Shown one piece after another: positions 63,520-64,000 of a DNA stretch of 64,000 nt. The stretch spans positions 1,116,001-1,180,000 of the forward strand of contig MU008163.1 in NCBI GenBank assembly GCA_010909165.1. Direction: 5' to 3'. The stretch is from Anthoceros angustus. Lineage: Eukaryota > Plantae > Anthocerotophyta. The position numbers were made by a program, and so were the translations under genes. The number at the start of each line of letters is the position of its first letter. The first letter of the stretch is position 1. The notes under the pieces are model-generated. The model searched no databases. It was not told where the DNA came from and worked only from the letters and a program-made list of their open reading frames with translations.

Positions 63520-64000
63520 TATGGATGTGAAGATGTGTGGATGTGTTTTTGTATGAGTGTGTGGATGTGGGGATGTGGGGATGTAGGGATGCAGGGATGT
63601 AGGGATGTGGGGATGTGGGGATGTGGGGATGTGGGGATGTGGGGATGTGGGGATGTGGGGATGTGGATGTGGATGTGGGGATGTGGGATGTGGGGATGTG
63701 GGATGGGGATGTGGGATGTGAGGATGTGGGGATGTGGGATGTGGGGATGTGGGGATGTAGGGATGTGGGATGTGGGGATGTGGGGATGTGGGATGTGGGG
63801 ATGTAGGGATGTGTGGATGTGGATGTAGGGATGTGGGTGTGGATGTGGATGTGTGGATGTCTGATGATGTGGATGTGGATGTGTGGATGTGTGGATGTGT
63901 GGATGTGTGGATGTGTGGATGTGTGGATGTGTGGATGTGTGGATGTGTCAATGATGTGTGGATGTGCTGATGATGTGTGGATGTATGGATATGTGGATGT
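63520..64000 (+). repeat. G-rich simple repeat (GGGGATGT / GGGATGT grading into GGATGTGT), running off the window end
   Basis: Directly visible. Confidence 0.97.

Noticed and set aside
63508-63970. MWGCGDV / HPHIPTS repeat ORFs resembling Cys- or His-rich proteins
   Set aside because: Translation of a simple G-rich repeat.

Overview
Eukaryotic nuclear DNA from a compact, intron-rich genome with ~60-130 bp introns. It is most consistent with a non-seed land plant such as a hornwort or lycophyte (inference). The assembly is rich in 1-bp indels typical of long-read error, so single frameshifts are not trusted as biological. Layout: (1) 1-27 kb is a transposon nest: a degenerate spliced relic, an APE+RT LINE, two scrambled Tork/Tnt1-type Ty1/copia copies, a 1.74-kb deleted copia with a perfect 5-bp TSD, and PBS-bearing LTR elements carrying coiled-coil ORFs instead of gag-pol. 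(2) 27.5-48 kb is a birth-and-death cluster of 4CL-like (ANL-superfamily) acyl-activating enzymes in three divergent types (A, B, C). It has two apparently intact genes, many pseudogenes and a 6.75-kb tandem duplication with a microhomology junction. Both intact genes have altered core catalytic motifs: type A has lost the P-loop consensus, and type C has the A8 Arg replaced by Pro and ends in a PTS1 (AKL). (3) 49-57 kb holds four compact genes: a STIG1-domain secreted protein, a RimM PRC-barrel plus helical-repeat protein, a tiny UPF0640/UQCC5-like protein and an Arc1p/AIMP1-like tRNA-binding protein. (4) 58.8-64 kb holds a displaced 4CL fragment, a decayed Sola2-like transposase and a G-rich simple repeat. 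No rRNA, tRNA or CRISPR was recognised. The best candidates for new biology are the motif-eroded acyl-activating enzymes and the RimM-PRC/repeat fusion.
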